Below, one piece after another: positions 31,954 through 32,000 of a DNA stretch of 32,000 nucleotides (positions are counted from its first letter, which is position 1; every line of letters begins with the position of its first letter). A model generated the notes under the pieces. The model searched no databases, had not been told where the DNA came from, and worked only from the letters and a program-made list of their open reading frames with translations. The stretch lies in the NCBI RefSeq assembly GCF_003231495.1, contig NZ_PQWO01000028.1:19061-51060 (forward strand). Direction: 5' to 3'. Source of the DNA: Acaryochloris thomasi RCC1774 (GTDB lineage: Bacteria; Cyanobacteriota; Cyanobacteriia; Thermosynechococcales; Thermosynechococcaceae). The position numbers and the translations under genes were made by a program.

Positions 31954-32000
31954 ATGCCCCGACGATATGCTCTGCGCGATGATCAATGGGAGCAGATAGA
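31954..32000 (+). CDS. IS5-family (IS4/5 DUF4096-type N-terminus) transposase, first 15 codons only
   Basis: GAGGAG lies 7 nt upstream of ATG 31954. MPRRYALRDDQWEQI matches the common M.RRY.L.D.QW..I..LLP start of IS5-family ORFs. It is cut by the window edge. Confidence 0.5.
   Translation, partial: MPRRYALRDDQWEQI

Noticed and set aside
1-32000. CRISPR arrays, rRNA genes, reverse transcriptase or retron or DGR elements, riboswitches
   Set aside because: I saw no regularly spaced direct repeats of 25-40 bp, no rRNA-like conserved blocks, no YxDD-containing ORF, and no recognisable riboswitch core in the 5' regions I read. The recurring GCGATCGC is HIP1, not a CRISPR repeat.

Overview
This is a cyanobacterial chromosome segment. 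Evidence: 14 exact copies of the HIP1 octamer GCGATCGC, phycobilisome linker genes, ndhD, a cyanobacterial-type S1 protein, and a ferrochelatase with a C-terminal CAB helix. From left to right the window holds four blocks. (1) A pigment neighbourhood: cpcC-cpcD (minus strand) diverging from hemH-ho1-cpcT (plus strand). (2) A 5'-truncated alpha/beta-hydrolase relic next to a 626-aa ORF that I read as a protelomerase (telomere resolvase, TelK/TelN/ResT-type) homolog with a long coiled-coil C-terminal extension. This is my top candidate for something unusual. (3) Core genes: mutS2, ndhD, a 1415-aa CBS-PAS-GGDEF-EAL sensor, a ~950-bp gene-poor stretch with an IS6-like relic and an orphan terminator, a small membrane ORF, pdxA, rpsA, nrdR, a large orphan pseudopilin and a membrane GTPase. 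(4) tRNA-Pro(GGG) followed directly by a frameshifted, truncated integrase and about 8 kb of accessory DNA with no HIP1 site. That DNA carries a secreted 5-repeat protein, an extra TopA-like type IA topoisomerase, a Nif11-type peptide, a secreted His/Lys-rich repeat peptide, a pentapeptide-repeat protein, a frameshifted PLD/HKD relic, several perfect repeats and palindromes, and the start of an IS5-family transposase at the window edge. I saw no CRISPR array, rRNA gene or reverse transcriptase. All homology statements rest on motif recognition by eye and memory, not on searches.
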